A DNA stretch of 64,000 nt from an uncultured bacterium (GCA_964527215.1 CAZGNZ010000001.1:1276-65275), one strand, 5' to 3'; counted from the first letter of the stretch, positions 7,222 through 17,744 are shown. Numbers and translations are program-made. The notes: generated from the sequence alone by a model not told the origin.

Positions 7222-8778
7222 GTGCTAAACATGTCTAAAATCCGTGAGAATTCAGCGGTTCTCATGGGATTGCTGCTTTTCTTCTTTCTGGCCAGTATGA
7301 CGGTTGGCGGTTTGGTTGGCGGTGCAAATATTATGGACAAAATCCTGGGTCGCAACCAGGAAAGGATGTTTGTCGGAAAAGTGGAGGGATATGAAATCAC
7401 TCACACTGAATTCCGCAATGAGCAAAACCGGCAGCTGAGTTCTCAGCGGCAGGCCGGAGCTTCCATTGACAGCCGTGCCGTCCACAACGCCCAGAATACT
7501 GCCTGGAACACCATAATCGACCGTGTGATTCAGGAAGACAAGGTGGAAGAAATGGGGCTGGAAGCCACCGATGACGAAATCTATGAATTCCTGCTGTACA
7601 CACCGCCAGCATCCCTGCAGGGTCAGCTCACGGAAAGCGGTCTGTTTGCCGACAGCACCGGAACCTTTATTCTGGAAGACTATCAGCAGGCCCTGCGCAC
7701 CGGTGATTTCCCGCCGCAGATGGAAAGCTTCTGGGTGGTTTGGGAAAACTATCTGAGAGACTGGCTGCCCTATCGGAAACTGCAGAATATTTACAATTCC
7801 ACGGGAGCGGTATCTGAATTCGAGATCAAAAGAGAATACGAAAAAAAGAACATCACCTGCACACTGGAATACATTTTCGTATCTACCAACAATATTCCTG
7901 ACAGTCTGATGGAAGTACCGGACAGCGATCTGCTGGCTAAGTACAACGACGAAAAAAGAGACAAGTACCTCACTCCCGAAACCCGTACCGTCGATTATGT
8001 CTTCTGGTCCAATGATCTCAGCGCCATTGACAGCACTCGTCATTCCAGTTATCTTGACAGTATCAACAGTGCCGCTCTGCGTTTTTCCAGTGAAGCGGAC
8101 TACGCCGGGTTTATCGAAGCAGCTGCAGAGTTCAGTATGATGCCGGAAGATACGCTCGAAATATCAGAAGGCTACGATGCCAATTCCGGAATCCCGTTTC
8201 AGATGGGTGTTTTGCGCAATGCCGTCCGGTTTGCCTGGGACAGCGAAATCGGTTCAATATCCGATCCGATCAATACCGATAACGGCATCGCCGTATTTCG
8301 AATCCTGGGTGAGAAAAAAAGTGCCAGCAAACCCTTTGAGGAAGTGCAGGAATCCATTCGGCGCGGATTGATACGGGACATCAAAAAGGATTATGCCAGA
8401 AATCTCATCCTCGAAGCACTGGATAGCGGTGAAGCTTTTGCCGCCATTGCTGAACAGAATGATTTTATAGAATTTGCTTCAGATACTTCCAAAACCCTTG
8501 GATCGAGTTTCCAGAAAATCGGACGCAGCAATGAACTGACCGGTACGCTTCGGGCAATGTCCGCCGGGGACATGGCAGGCCCCGTGGAAACGTTCAGCTC
8601 AGTCGTTGCACTGAAGATGATCGAAAAAGATGCGTTCAATGAAGAACAGTATGCAGAAGAACATGACAATATAAGGGATCAGCTGCTGAGAACCCGGCAG
8701 AACGGAATCTTTAATTCCTGGCTGACTGAGTACAAGGCAACGCTGGATATTGTCGACTTCCGCAGTAAGGTTTATTGA
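7222..8778 (+). CDS. Periplasmic chaperone / peptidyl-prolyl isomerase, PpiD/SurA-like
   Basis: 518 aa. GTG start 7 nt after GGAG; ATG at 7231 is an alternative. N-terminal TM anchor VLMGLLLFFFLASMTVGGLV, SurA-N-like region, and parvulin-like segment ISDPINTDNGIAVFRILGEK. Confidence 0.7.
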   Translation: MLNMSKIRENSAVLMGLLLFFFLASMTVGGLVGGANIMDKILGRNQERMFVGKVEGYEITHTEFRNEQNRQLSSQRQAGASIDSRAVHNAQNTAWNTIIDRVIQEDKVEEMGLEATDDEIYEFLLYTPPASLQGQLTESGLFADSTGTFILEDYQQALRTGDFPPQMESFWVVWENYLRDWLPYRKLQNIYNSTGAVSEFEIKREYEKKNITCTLEYIFVSTNNIPDSLMEVPDSDLLAKYNDEKRDKYLTPETRTVDYVFWSNDLSAIDSTRHSSYLDSINSAALRFSSEADYAGFIEAAAEFSMMPEDTLEISEGYDANSGIPFQMGVLRNAVRFAWDSEIGSISDPINTDNGIAVFRILGEKKSASKPFEEVQESIRRGLIRDIKKDYARNLILEALDSGEAFAAIAEQNDFIEFASDTSKTLGSSFQKIGRSNELTGTLRAMSAGDMAGPVETFSSVVALKMIEKDAFNEEQYAEEHDNIRDQLLRTRQNGIFNSWLTEYKATLDIVDFRSKVY

Positions 8779-8807
8779 GAAACGTTTTACGCCAGGCATT
8801 GATTTTT

Positions 8808-8840
8808 GAAACCCCGCGGTTTGACGGGGTTTCTTTTTTT
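8808..8840 (+). terminator. Rho-independent terminator after the ppiD-like gene
   Basis: GAAACCCCG-CGGTTTGA-CGGGGTTTC followed by TTTTTTT. Confidence 0.85.
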
Positions 8841-8881
8841 GAAAAATGGAGACCGGAGCGTCAGGATTGAGTGACGGCGGC

Positions 8882-9955
8882 ATGTCAATGGAGCACTATA
8901 TGACAGAAGCTGTCAGGGAAGCCTGGAAAGGGTGCGGACAGGTATCTCCCAATCCGATGGTGGGCTGCCTGATTGTAAAAAACGGGCACATTATCGGCAG
9001 AGGATACCATCGTCAGTACGGCGGCGCGCACGCTGAAGTCAATGCTTTGGAAAACTGCAGTGAATCTTCAGCCGGAGCTACGGCCTATGTTACACTGGAA
9101 CCCTGCAGCATTACGGGTAAAACACCGCCGTGCTGCGATCGTCTGATCAGTGCCGGCATTGCCAAAGTGGTTGTCAGCACTCGGGATCCCAATCCTGCAA
9201 TTAACGGAAACGGCATACGCCGGCTGCAGAACGCCGGGGTGGAAGTGGTGGAAGGCATACTTCAGGATGAAACCACTCGCCAGAATCGCGGATTTTTGAA
9301 ATGGATCAGAACCGGTCTGCCTTGGGTTGTCGCAAAAACAGCTCAAACCGAAAACGGGTTTATGGGATTGGATTCCAGTTCCAGAATTCAGATCACCGGC
9401 CGGGAAAGCATGTGTTCAGTACATCAGCTGAGAAGCAGAGTGGATGCCGTAATGGTGGGAAGGCAAACCGTGGAAACGGACAATCCTCTGCTTACTGTCC
9501 GTCTTGCTGCTGGTTCGAATCCAAAACGAATTGTGATAGACCCGCAGCTTCGTCTGCCGCAAACCTGCAGTATCTTTCGAGATCAGAAAGCGGAAACAAT
9601 TGTTATCTGCAGCGATGCCGGATCGCCGATGGGCCGGTGTTCATACTGCCGATATTTGCCGCTGCGTGTTGTAAACGGTGTGATACCGCCGCCGGTCATC
9701 CTGGAAGCACTGGGAAAACTTGGGATTACAATCCTGATGATTGAGGGCGGACCTGCACTGCTTCAGATTTTTAAATCATTTGACATGATTGACGAAATAC
9801 ACCAGTATACCGCACCGGTCACCCTGCCAGGCGCAATATTGAAGAATCCTATCTCTATTGATGATAATTGGAATATCATTTCGGAACAGCAAACCGGAAA
9901 TGATCAATTGTTGATTGCAGAAAAAAGGACATCGTATGTTCACAGGAATTGTTGA
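8882..9955 (+). CDS. ribD: Bifunctional riboflavin biosynthesis protein RibD (pyrimidine deaminase / uracil reductase)
   Basis: Motifs NPMVGCLIV, HAEVNAL and LEPCSITGKTPPCC. The track start 8846 lies next to the upstream terminator, so I prefer ATG 8882. Confidence 0.9.
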   Translation: MSMEHYMTEAVREAWKGCGQVSPNPMVGCLIVKNGHIIGRGYHRQYGGAHAEVNALENCSESSAGATAYVTLEPCSITGKTPPCCDRLISAGIAKVVVSTRDPNPAINGNGIRRLQNAGVEVVEGILQDETTRQNRGFLKWIRTGLPWVVAKTAQTENGFMGLDSSSRIQITGRESMCSVHQLRSRVDAVMVGRQTVETDNPLLTVRLAAGSNPKRIVIDPQLRLPQTCSIFRDQKAETIVICSDAGSPMGRCSYCRYLPLRVVNGVIPPPVILEALGKLGITILMIEGGPALLQIFKSFDMIDEIHQYTAPVTLPGAILKNPISIDDNWNIISEQQTGNDQLLIAEKRTSYVHRNC

Positions 9956-10592
9956 AGAACTCGGAACAGTAAAAAAAGTAATGGAGACATCCTCCGGCAA
10001 GCAGTTTGTCATTAAAGCCAAAACCGTGATGGATGATCTGCAGATTGGTGACAGTATTGCCGTCAACGGTGTTTGCCTGACGGTTGTGAAAACCACCAAA
10101 ACTACGTTTACACTGGATCTTGTATTTGAAACCCTGGATAAATCGAATCTGGGTGAAATGGAAGTGGGAACTCAAATCAATCTGGAGCGAGCTCTTACCC
10201 TGTCCACTCGTCTGGGGGGGCACATCCTTCAGGGACATGTGGAAACGGTGGGAGTGATACTGGACAAGGAAACCAGCGGAGACGGTGCAACCATGGTCAT
10301 CGGTATGGATCCATCCTGGCTGCGGTACTGCATCCCAAAGGGGTCTATTGCACTTGACGGTGTTTCACTCACCATTGCGTCTATGAAAGACAATCTCATC
10401 ACCGTGGCATTGATTCCTCATACGCTGGAATGCACTACGCTTGGTTTCAAGGAAAATGGTGCCACGCTGAATGTTGAAACGGATATCATCGGGAAGTATA
10501 TTGATCGGCTGCTCAGCATCGATGAAGATGAGGACGAGACCGGAGATACATACATGACCGGGTTAATGACCTGGGGGATAGGTGAGAGCTGA
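9936..10592 (+). CDS. ribE: Riboflavin synthase (alpha chain)
   Basis: Canonical N-terminus MFTGIVEELGTV and internal repeat GDSIAVNGVCLT / GSIALDGVSLT. Overlaps the ribD end by 20 nt. Confidence 0.9.
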   Translation: MFTGIVEELGTVKKVMETSSGKQFVIKAKTVMDDLQIGDSIAVNGVCLTVVKTTKTTFTLDLVFETLDKSNLGEMEVGTQINLERALTLSTRLGGHILQGHVETVGVILDKETSGDGATMVIGMDPSWLRYCIPKGSIALDGVSLTIASMKDNLITVALIPHTLECTTLGFKENGATLNVETDIIGKYIDRLLSIDEDEDETGDTYMTGLMTWGIGES

Positions 10593-11836
10593 TGAAAAAA
10601 GATTTTAATACGATTCAGGAGGCCGTACGGGAAATTGAAGCCGGCCGTATGGTTATTGTTGTGGATGAGGAAGATCGCGAAAATGAAGGCGATTTTATCA
10701 TATCGGCAGAGTTGGCAACACCGGAAGACCTGAATTTCATGATGACGGAAGGACGGGGACTGATCTGTATTTCCATTCCTCTAGAAAAAGCCCGTCAGCT
10801 GGAACTTACACCCATGTCTTCCAGCAACACTGCGCTTCATGAAACCGCGTTTACGATATCGGTAGATGCTGTTAAAAACACGACCACTGGAATATCCGCA
10901 AATGATCGATGGCAGACAGCTCAGGTGATTATGAAACCTGATACGGTACCGTCAGACCTGGCTCGTCCGGGTCACATGTTTCCTTTGATTGCCAAGGGAG
11001 GCGGCGTGCTGCAGAGAGCCGGACATACGGAAGCAGCGCTGGACCTTATGGAGCTGGCGGGTGTTTCACCGGGCGCTCTGCTGGTGGAAATCGTGGATAC
11101 CGACGGCAGTATGGCCAGAGTGCATCGCCTGAAGGAAATTGCGGATCGGTTCAACATGCCCATCATAACGATAGCTGATCTGATCAAGTATCGCCGCAAA
11201 CATGATAAAATGGTCACGGAAATGACAGCCATCCCGTTTCCGTCAAAATATGGGAATTTCCAACTCCGTCTGTTTGAGGATGTTGTTAACCACGACCACC
11301 ATGTGGCTATTGTAAAAGGAGATATCCAGCCGGATGATGATGTTCTGGTCAGGGTTCACTCCCAGTGCCTGACCGGTGATCTGTTCGGTTCCCTGCGCTG
11401 TGACTGCGGAATACAGCTGGAAACCGCGCTTACCCGAATTGAAAAGGAGGGGAAAGGCATTGTGGTGTATCTTCGTCAGGAAGGACGCGGTATCGGTCTG
11501 AAAAATAAAATAATGGCCTACCAGCTTCAGGATAAGGGATTGGATACCGTCGAAGCCAATCACCGATTGGGATTCGCCGATGATCTTCGTGAATATGGGA
11601 TAGGGGCCCAGATCCTGCTGGAGTGCGGAGTTCGTAAAATGAGACTTCTCACCAATAATCCTCGAAAAATCGTAGGTCTTGAAGGATACGGACTGGAAGT
11701 CACCGGACGCGAACCCATTGAAATAGAACCCAATGTAATAAATAAGCGGTATCTGGAGACCAAACGGGACAAACTCGGACATTTGATCCTGATTCACGAA
11801 AATTCAAACAACACAGATAACAATACCGATGATTAA
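10592..11836 (+). CDS. ribBA: Bifunctional 3,4-dihydroxy-2-butanone-4-phosphate synthase / GTP cyclohydrolase II
   Basis: DRENEGDFI (DHBP synthase) and [21 protein letters not shown] (GTP cyclohydrolase II). ATGA overlap with ribE. Confidence 0.92.
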   Translation: MKKDFNTIQEAVREIEAGRMVIVVDEEDRENEGDFIISAELATPEDLNFMMTEGRGLICISIPLEKARQLELTPMSSSNTALHETAFTISVDAVKNTTTGISANDRWQTAQVIMKPDTVPSDLARPGHMFPLIAKGGGVLQRAGHTEAALDLMELAGVSPGALLVEIVDTDGSMARVHRLKEIADRFNMPIITIADLIKYRRKHDKMVTEMTAIPFPSKYGNFQLRLFEDVVNHDHHVAIVKGDIQPDDDVLVRVHSQCLTGDLFGSLRCDCGIQLETALTRIEKEGKGIVVYLRQEGRGIGLKNKIMAYQLQDKGLDTVEANHRLGFADDLREYGIGAQILLECGVRKMRLLTNNPRKIVGLEGYGLEVTGREPIEIEPNVINKRYLETKRDKLGHLILIHENSNNTDNNTDD

Positions 11837-12293
11837 AGGTGAGTTGACTGCAAAAAACCGCTGCATCACCATCGTCGCAGCCGAATTCAACCCGCATGTC
11901 ACCGGAGCCCTGGTTAACGGAGCAACGGATGCATTCCTGTTTCACGGTGGGCAGGCGGATAATCTGGAGCTGATCTGGGTTCCCGGTGCTTTTGAAATCC
12001 CCGGGACCGTACAGCAGATTCTGAACAGCAGCCGGCGGACCGATGCCATTGTGACTCTGGGTGCAGTAATCCGCGGCGGCACCCCTCATTTTGATTTTGT
12101 GGCCGGGACTGCCGCGGACGGACTGGCGGAACTTTCCCGCACTGCAGATATCCCTGTCATTTTCGGAATTCTGACCACCAATAATCTAAACCAGGCACTT
12201 GAGAGGGCCGGGACCAAAGCCGCCAACAAAGGCTGGGAAGTTACGGAAGCCGCGCTAAAAATGATTTCTGTCTATGAACAGATCGGTCAATAG
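11829..12293 (+). CDS. ribH: 6,7-dimethyl-8-ribityllumazine synthase
   Basis: 154 aa. VPGAFEIPG, LGAVIRGGTPHFDFV and NKGWEVTEAAL are typical of lumazine synthase. Confidence 0.9.
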   Translation: MIKGELTAKNRCITIVAAEFNPHVTGALVNGATDAFLFHGGQADNLELIWVPGAFEIPGTVQQILNSSRRTDAIVTLGAVIRGGTPHFDFVAGTAADGLAELSRTADIPVIFGILTTNNLNQALERAGTKAANKGWEVTEAALKMISVYEQIGQ

Positions 12294-12336
12294 CATTGAT
12301 CTGAACCGCTCCTGTCCCGGCCGCCCTGGGTTCGGG

Positions 12337-14763
12337 ATGTCCTGCCTCTGTCTGCTTGTATTATCAATATTCCAGTGCCTTTCCGCTCAGGGTACAGTGG
12401 GGGAATGGCGCAGCATTACCTCTATGCTCACACCGGAAGACATCATCTTTATCGAAGAAGGACAGCTGCTGGCGGCAACCGAAGGCGGGCTGCTGACGCT
12501 GAACCTTGGCAGCGGTGACTTCGAATTTCTCAGAGAAGAATCCGGCCTGGAGTCTCTTGATGTCAGCTGCGTCGCCCGGGATGCGTCCGGACGGCTCTGG
12601 CTGGGTGGGAACGCCCCGGAAGGAATGATACAGATATTTCAGCCTGAGGATTTGTCTGTTGTTTCAATTACACACCTGGATGTATCGAAAATACATAAAA
12701 TTGTTCTGGATGAATCTGCCGCATTTGCCGTTTTTCATGATGACTCCGGGTGGGGAATTCTTGAATTCCAAATTCCAGCTGACGGTGAACCGTATTATCA
12801 GGACCGCTTTGTTCATTTCCCGATTCCGGCGCAGGAAATCACGGATGTGGACATCACTCCGGACTCCGTCTTTGTTACATGCCCGGATGCGGTATTCACC
12901 GGCAGCCGCACCGATTATCTGTCCCAGGCGGCATCATGGCAGATCAATGAAAACCCGTCTGACGGGATTTTACTGGGACTGAGCACGGAACCGGTCGTTA
13001 CCCTGATGGCATCAGACGGGTTGTTTACACGAGAAGAAAGCGGCTGGAATCCGCTGGTGAATATTTCTTTTTCCGATATGGCTGACTTTCTGTATGATCC
13101 TGAAGTACAAGGATATTTCGTTTTAACATCCCATCAGTTCTTTCTGATTGACGCAGCCGAAGGTACATTCAGTGAGACGCCGATTCCTGTAAATGCGTAT
13201 TTCACCGCATTGGCGTATCAGAATAATACTGTTGCAATGGGTGTGGCTCAGCATGGGTTTCTGCTGGAAGATCTTTTGACGGACAGCATGGAATTCTATA
13301 TCCCGAATTCAGCGCTGTTCAATCGGATTCATGCGGTGACTGTTTTGGATGACGGAACTGTCGTCAGTTTTCGAAATGATCCTCACAGTGTTTTGGGTTT
13401 GGAGGACCGCCGAACCGGTATCTGTCTGATGCAGGACGATCATTTTTATGCCATCGTTCCGGACAGCAGTGCGGTGGACTATCCCATTTTTATTGCGCCC
13501 CATAATCAATTTGCCGGTGGGACAATATCTTATCATCCCGGAGAGAAACCGCCCCGCAGTATTGTGAAAACCGATCACGGCACACTGATGTTCAGCAACA
13601 GCGGTCTTCAGCCGAGAGAGCCGGGTTTTCGCGGCGGTCTCGTCGAAGTGAATCCGGAGACCCTGGAATATGCCGTGTATGATACCACCGACGGTATTCT
13701 GGATGGGTTGAACGGGGTTTACAATCCCGATTGGACCAATCGGTATATCACCATGCATCAGCTGAATACCGACTACCAGGGTAATACCTGGGCGGTAACC
13801 CCCTATTCTGAAGTCAGCAATAAAATTGCGGTGATCCAGTGGGCTGACGGCAGCGGCTGGACGTCTGTTGATGCTCCGGACGAGGAATCCTATCTGCCTC
13901 AGGAAGTGGCCTTTGATCTGTACGGACGAGCCTGGTTCGGGCTGCAGCTGGAAATGGACATCAACAGCACCTCACTTTATTCCAGCGGACTGGTAAAGGT
14001 TTTTGATTATCATAATTCTCTCGAAAACACAGAGAACAATCAGTGGCGAAACGTTTCAGTATCAGAACCGCCAGGCTATAATATCTGGTCGCTGACCTTT
14101 GACAGGCAGGGAATGCTTTGGATTCTGACAGATGGCGGGGTTCAGGGATATTTTGTGCTGAGTGTTTCCGGAGGGTTTCAGCTTTCCCCGATCTACCCAT
14201 CTCATTTCCTGACATATCTTCCATTTCGCGAAGGTGACAAAATTCGGGTTGACGGTCAGAATAATAAGTGGATTATCACACAGCACAGCGGTCTCCGTGT
14301 TATACAGGAAAACACCAATTTCTGGCCGGATGAATCTGGATTTACCCAGGAAAACAGCGGGCTGCTGTCGAATATCGTTTATGATGTAGCATTTGATGAA
14401 GCGGAAGGACTGGCGTATTTCGCCACGGACAAAGGGCTGTCCGTTATGCGTCTGCCGGTTTCAAACCTGAACAATGATTCTGCGCCTGACAACCTGCAGT
14501 TAAGCCCCAATCCATTTATCCCTCAGCGGGACTCCCAAGTGATTATCAATAATGCTATTCCCGGGGGTATTGTAAAAATTGTCGGAATGAACGGCAAAGT
14601 TTACTGGGAAAGCCCAGCCGTCAATGCCGGTCTGGGAACCAGCCAGATACTCTGGGACGGCAGATGCAGTTCGGGAGACTGGATCGGCTCAGGAATATAC
14701 TTCGTTACATGCTATCACACCAGCGGCAGCCGCAGTGCGAAACTGGCCGTGATCAGACAATAA
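12337..14763 (+). CDS. Secreted beta-propeller repeat protein (two-component-regulator-propeller-like repeats) with T9SS-type C-terminal sorting domain
   Basis: Start moved to ATG 12337, giving signal peptide MSCLCLLVLSIFQCLSAQG. Repeats of the type GGLLTLNLGSGDFEFL...DASGRLWLGG. C-terminus LQLSPNPFIPQRDSQVIINN...GIYFVTCY...AKLAVIRQ resembles T9SS/FlgD-Ig-like CTDs. Confidence 0.7.
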   Translation: MSCLCLLVLSIFQCLSAQGTVGEWRSITSMLTPEDIIFIEEGQLLAATEGGLLTLNLGSGDFEFLREESGLESLDVSCVARDASGRLWLGGNAPEGMIQIFQPEDLSVVSITHLDVSKIHKIVLDESAAFAVFHDDSGWGILEFQIPADGEPYYQDRFVHFPIPAQEITDVDITPDSVFVTCPDAVFTGSRTDYLSQAASWQINENPSDGILLGLSTEPVVTLMASDGLFTREESGWNPLVNISFSDMADFLYDPEVQGYFVLTSHQFFLIDAAEGTFSETPIPVNAYFTALAYQNNTVAMGVAQHGFLLEDLLTDSMEFYIPNSALFNRIHAVTVLDDGTVVSFRNDPHSVLGLEDRRTGICLMQDDHFYAIVPDSSAVDYPIFIAPHNQFAGGTISYHPGEKPPRSIVKTDHGTLMFSNSGLQPREPGFRGGLVEVNPETLEYAVYDTTDGILDGLNGVYNPDWTNRYITMHQLNTDYQGNTWAVTPYSEVSNKIAVIQWADGSGWTSVDAPDEESYLPQEVAFDLYGRAWFGLQLEMDINSTSLYSSGLVKVFDYHNSLENTENNQWRNVSVSEPPGYNIWSLTFDRQGMLWILTDGGVQGYFVLSVSGGFQLSPIYPSHFLTYLPFREGDKIRVDGQNNKWIITQHSGLRVIQENTNFWPDESGFTQENSGLLSNIVYDVAFDEAEGLAYFATDKGLSVMRLPVSNLNNDSAPDNLQLSPNPFIPQRDSQVIINNAIPGGIVKIVGMNGKVYWESPAVNAGLGTSQILWDGRCSSGDWIGSGIYFVTCYHTSGSRSAKLAVIRQ

Positions 14764-15808
14764 CCCTTCGCTCGAACTTGAACTCTGCTTCCAGTTCATC
14801 CAGCACATTCCGAATCAGTTCCCGTCGTTCATTGTGATGAATGAAGGCACTTTTAAATCCGTTGATGATGAGGTGTCTGACATGATCCGGGGTCAAATGG
14901 TAAATTGTACAGGCTTTCCAGTACTCGTCGGTCAGCGTGGTATGTGAAATCAGCCGGTTGTCGGTATTCAGCGTAACGCGAAGGAATTTATCGAAATACA
15001 GTTTGAACGGGTGTTCCTCGTAAGAGCGGACGGATCGGGTGTGGACATTGCTCGTCAGGCAGATTTCCAATGCGATGCGGTGATCATTCACGTAATCCAT
15101 CAATTCCCCATCCTCACTCAGCCGCGTGCCGTGTCCGATTCGATGTGCTCCGCAGTAATGAATAGCCTGGTGAATGCTCTCCGGACCAAAGGCCTCGCCG
15201 GCATGAAGCGTTGTATTGACATTGTTTCGCAGGATCAGAGAAAAGGCTTCCTGATGGTGACGCGCGGGAAAATTCTCTTCGGCACCGGCCAGATCAAAAC
15301 CCACAACTCCCTTGTTTTTAAACTGTATCGTAAGATCCGCCAGTCTCAGTGATACTTCCGGCGAAATCTGTCTGATTCCGCAGATAATGATTCCTGACAA
15401 AATGCCGAAGTCTTCTCTGGCACGGTTCAGCCCCGTGTTGACGGCCTCCACGGATTCCGCCAGAGTCATGCCCCTGTCGGTATGAAGGATGGGAGAATAC
15501 CGCACTTCCAGATACCGCACCCCATCCTCCCGGCAGTCTTCGGCAAGTTCGTACGCCGCTCTCTCCAGAGCTTCCGGGGTCTGGAGCACGGACAGTGTAA
15601 TATCAAACCGTTTCAGGTATTCCACCAGTGTTCCGATATTTTCACCGATACTCAACTGCTTTTGAAGCAGATCATGGTCCCGGGTAGGCAGTTCAACCCG
15701 GTCTTTTTCCGCCAAATCCAGAATAGTACTGACCCGCAAGCTGCCGTCCAGATGACAATGGAGTTCTGCTTTCGGCAGCCGCTGTATAAGTTCTTTTGTT
15801 AATGACAT
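14753..15808 (-). CDS. add: Adenosine deaminase
   Basis: LPKAELHCHLDGSLR, HAGE and TLNTDN (metal ligands and catalytic residues of the adenosine/AMP deaminase family). Confidence 0.9.
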   Translation of the reverse strand: MSLTKELIQRLPKAELHCHLDGSLRVSTILDLAEKDRVELPTRDHDLLQKQLSIGENIGTLVEYLKRFDITLSVLQTPEALERAAYELAEDCREDGVRYLEVRYSPILHTDRGMTLAESVEAVNTGLNRAREDFGILSGIIICGIRQISPEVSLRLADLTIQFKNKGVVGFDLAGAEENFPARHHQEAFSLILRNNVNTTLHAGEAFGPESIHQAIHYCGAHRIGHGTRLSEDGELMDYVNDHRIALEICLTSNVHTRSVRSYEEHPFKLYFDKFLRVTLNTDNRLISHTTLTDEYWKACTIYHLTPDHVRHLIINGFKSAFIHHNERRELIRNVLDELEAEFKFERRVIV

Positions 15809-15857
15809 ATTATTTTCCTGAATGATAATGAACGTTTTCCCTGCAACAGGAATCTTC

Positions 15858-17744
15858 TTAATCTTTTTTCAACGCGGTGTAAATCAGCCAGACGGCGACA
15901 AGGAAAAACAGTGTAATCCCCGCCCATGAAAATCCGGTGATTTCCGGCCACCAGTTTTTGTCTTTGGTGATGTAAATGGGAATTGCCACTAGCAGGGCCG
16001 TAATGGCTTCTCCTGTGATCAGACCCGAGCTGAGCAGGACACCGTGGCGTTTTCCGGTTTCTCCGCCGCCCTGAAGACTGGTAAAATGGGCAATCATTCC
16101 GCCGATGAAAATCGGAACGGACAGTTCGAACGGCAGATAAATTCCCACTGCCACAGCCAGAACGGGTACCCTGAAATCAGATCCGCGACGTTCCTGAAGT
16201 ACATCTATGAATATGATCACAGCTCCCAAAACTGCGCCGATTCCGACCATGTCCCAGGGCAGATTTCCCTGAAAAACTCCCTCGGCTACGCTCTTCATCA
16301 ATGTGGCCTGCGGTGCGGACAAATCTGCTGAACCGATGGTATAAGCGGTATGCAGGACATCCAGCACAATTCCAACAACCAGAGCTGCGGATATGGTTCC
16401 GACAATCTGCATCAGCTGCTGTTTCCAGGGGGTTGCTCCCAGTATGTAACCGGTTTTTAAATCCTGAAGATTGTCTCCCCCAATGGCGGCGGCACAGCAA
16501 ACGACGGTTCCAATCAGGATTGCCCCGGCAGCGCCCGCTGTTGAACCGGTTCCCAGAATTGCAAGCAAAAGCAGGGAAGAAAAAAGGATGGTGGCAATGG
16601 TGACTCCGGATATGGGATTGTTGGATGACCCAACGACACCGGCCATGTAGGATGCCACTGCCGAGAAAAGGAATCCGAAAATCATCATGATCACAGTCAG
16701 AAGAACCGCCACTGATACGGATTTTATCACATCAAGATAAAGCAGGAACATGGGAAGCATCAGCAGCAGGAGCGCAATACCAACATATTTAATGGGAATG
16801 TCCCGTTCCGACAGGGGAACGGGGGCATCGGCTTCATCTCCGTATTTGGATCGCTGCATGGACTGAATGCTGGTCATAATGCCGGTTTTCAACGGTTTGG
16901 CCAGTTTTATCAGAGACCAGATTCCGCCGATAACCATGGCTCCGACACCCAGATACCGGATTTGACTGGTCCAGATTTCCCAGGCGGAATCCATCGCAGC
17001 GCCTTCCCAGCCGTGGATTGCGGAATAGATGGGAATGGCGATTCCCCATGAAATGAAACCGCCGGCAAAAACCAGAATGGAAATATTCCGGCCCACGATA
17101 AACCCAACGGCAATCAGGGTGGGAGAGAGATCGATTCCGGCTCCGAAGATGGATCGACCGACCGTGAATGCCCCTTCAATCGATTTATTCCACATTGAAA
17201 AACCGGTCTGACCCAGTTTCATGAACCCGGAAAACAATCCGCCCAGACCGATGAGCACTAACCCATAGATGGATTCCTTCGATTTTTCCCGACGTGCGGA
17301 TTCACCCACTTTCAGCACTTCCGCAGTGGCGATCCCTTCGGGATACAGCAGTTTTGCTTCCACGATCAATGCCCGGCGCAGAGGAATGGTGAACAGAACG
17401 CCGATGATTCCCCCGATTCCGGCAATTTTGGCAATTTCCCAATAGTTGAAGCTGGTCCAGTATCCCATGAGCATCAGTGCCGGAATGGTAAAAATCACTC
17501 CCGCTGCCAGCGATTCACCAGCCGACGCAGCGGTTTGAACCAGATTGTTTTCCAGCATATTGGAATTTTTAAACATGCTGAGTATTCCCATGGATATTAC
17601 AGCCGCCGGAATTGAGGCGGAAACCGTCATCCCTGCGAACAGACCCAGATAGGCATTTGCACCGGCAAGGGCAATGGCCAAAACCACACCCAGCAGCATT
17701 GAACGGATAGTAATTTCAGGTACAGGCTGGTTAGATTGTTTCAT
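15858..17744 (-). CDS. OPT-family oligopeptide transporter
   Basis: About 628 aa, polytopic. EITIRSMLLGVVLAIALAGANAYLGLFAGMTVSASIPAAVISMG is typical of OPT. ATG 17744 preferred over the track's TTG 17756. Confidence 0.8.
   Translation of the reverse strand: MKQSNQPVPEITIRSMLLGVVLAIALAGANAYLGLFAGMTVSASIPAAVISMGILSMFKNSNMLENNLVQTAASAGESLAAGVIFTIPALMLMGYWTSFNYWEIAKIAGIGGIIGVLFTIPLRRALIVEAKLLYPEGIATAEVLKVGESARREKSKESIYGLVLIGLGGLFSGFMKLGQTGFSMWNKSIEGAFTVGRSIFGAGIDLSPTLIAVGFIVGRNISILVFAGGFISWGIAIPIYSAIHGWEGAAMDSAWEIWTSQIRYLGVGAMVIGGIWSLIKLAKPLKTGIMTSIQSMQRSKYGDEADAPVPLSERDIPIKYVGIALLLLMLPMFLLYLDVIKSVSVAVLLTVIMMIFGFLFSAVASYMAGVVGSSNNPISGVTIATILFSSLLLLAILGTGSTAGAAGAILIGTVVCCAAAIGGDNLQDLKTGYILGATPWKQQLMQIVGTISAALVVGIVLDVLHTAYTIGSADLSAPQATLMKSVAEGVFQGNLPWDMVGIGAVLGAVIIFIDVLQERRGSDFRVPVLAVAVGIYLPFELSVPIFIGGMIAHFTSLQGGGETGKRHGVLLSSGLITGEAITALLVAIPIYITKDKNWWPEITGFSWAGITLFFLVAVWLIYTALKKD

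Noticed and set aside
7252-8043. 263-aa antisense ORF inside the ppiD-like gene
   Set aside because: It has no SD and an odd composition, and it lies fully within a well-supported sense gene. Typical shadow ORF.
8779-8881. FMN (RFN) riboswitch upstream of ribD
   Set aside because: Only 103 nt are available and 33 nt of that is a terminator. None of the conserved RFN sequence blocks is present.
14753-14763. 11-nt overlap of the convergent 3' ends of the propeller protein and adenosine deaminase genes
   Set aside because: Short convergent overlaps are common in compact genomes. No hairpin or other signal is associated with it.
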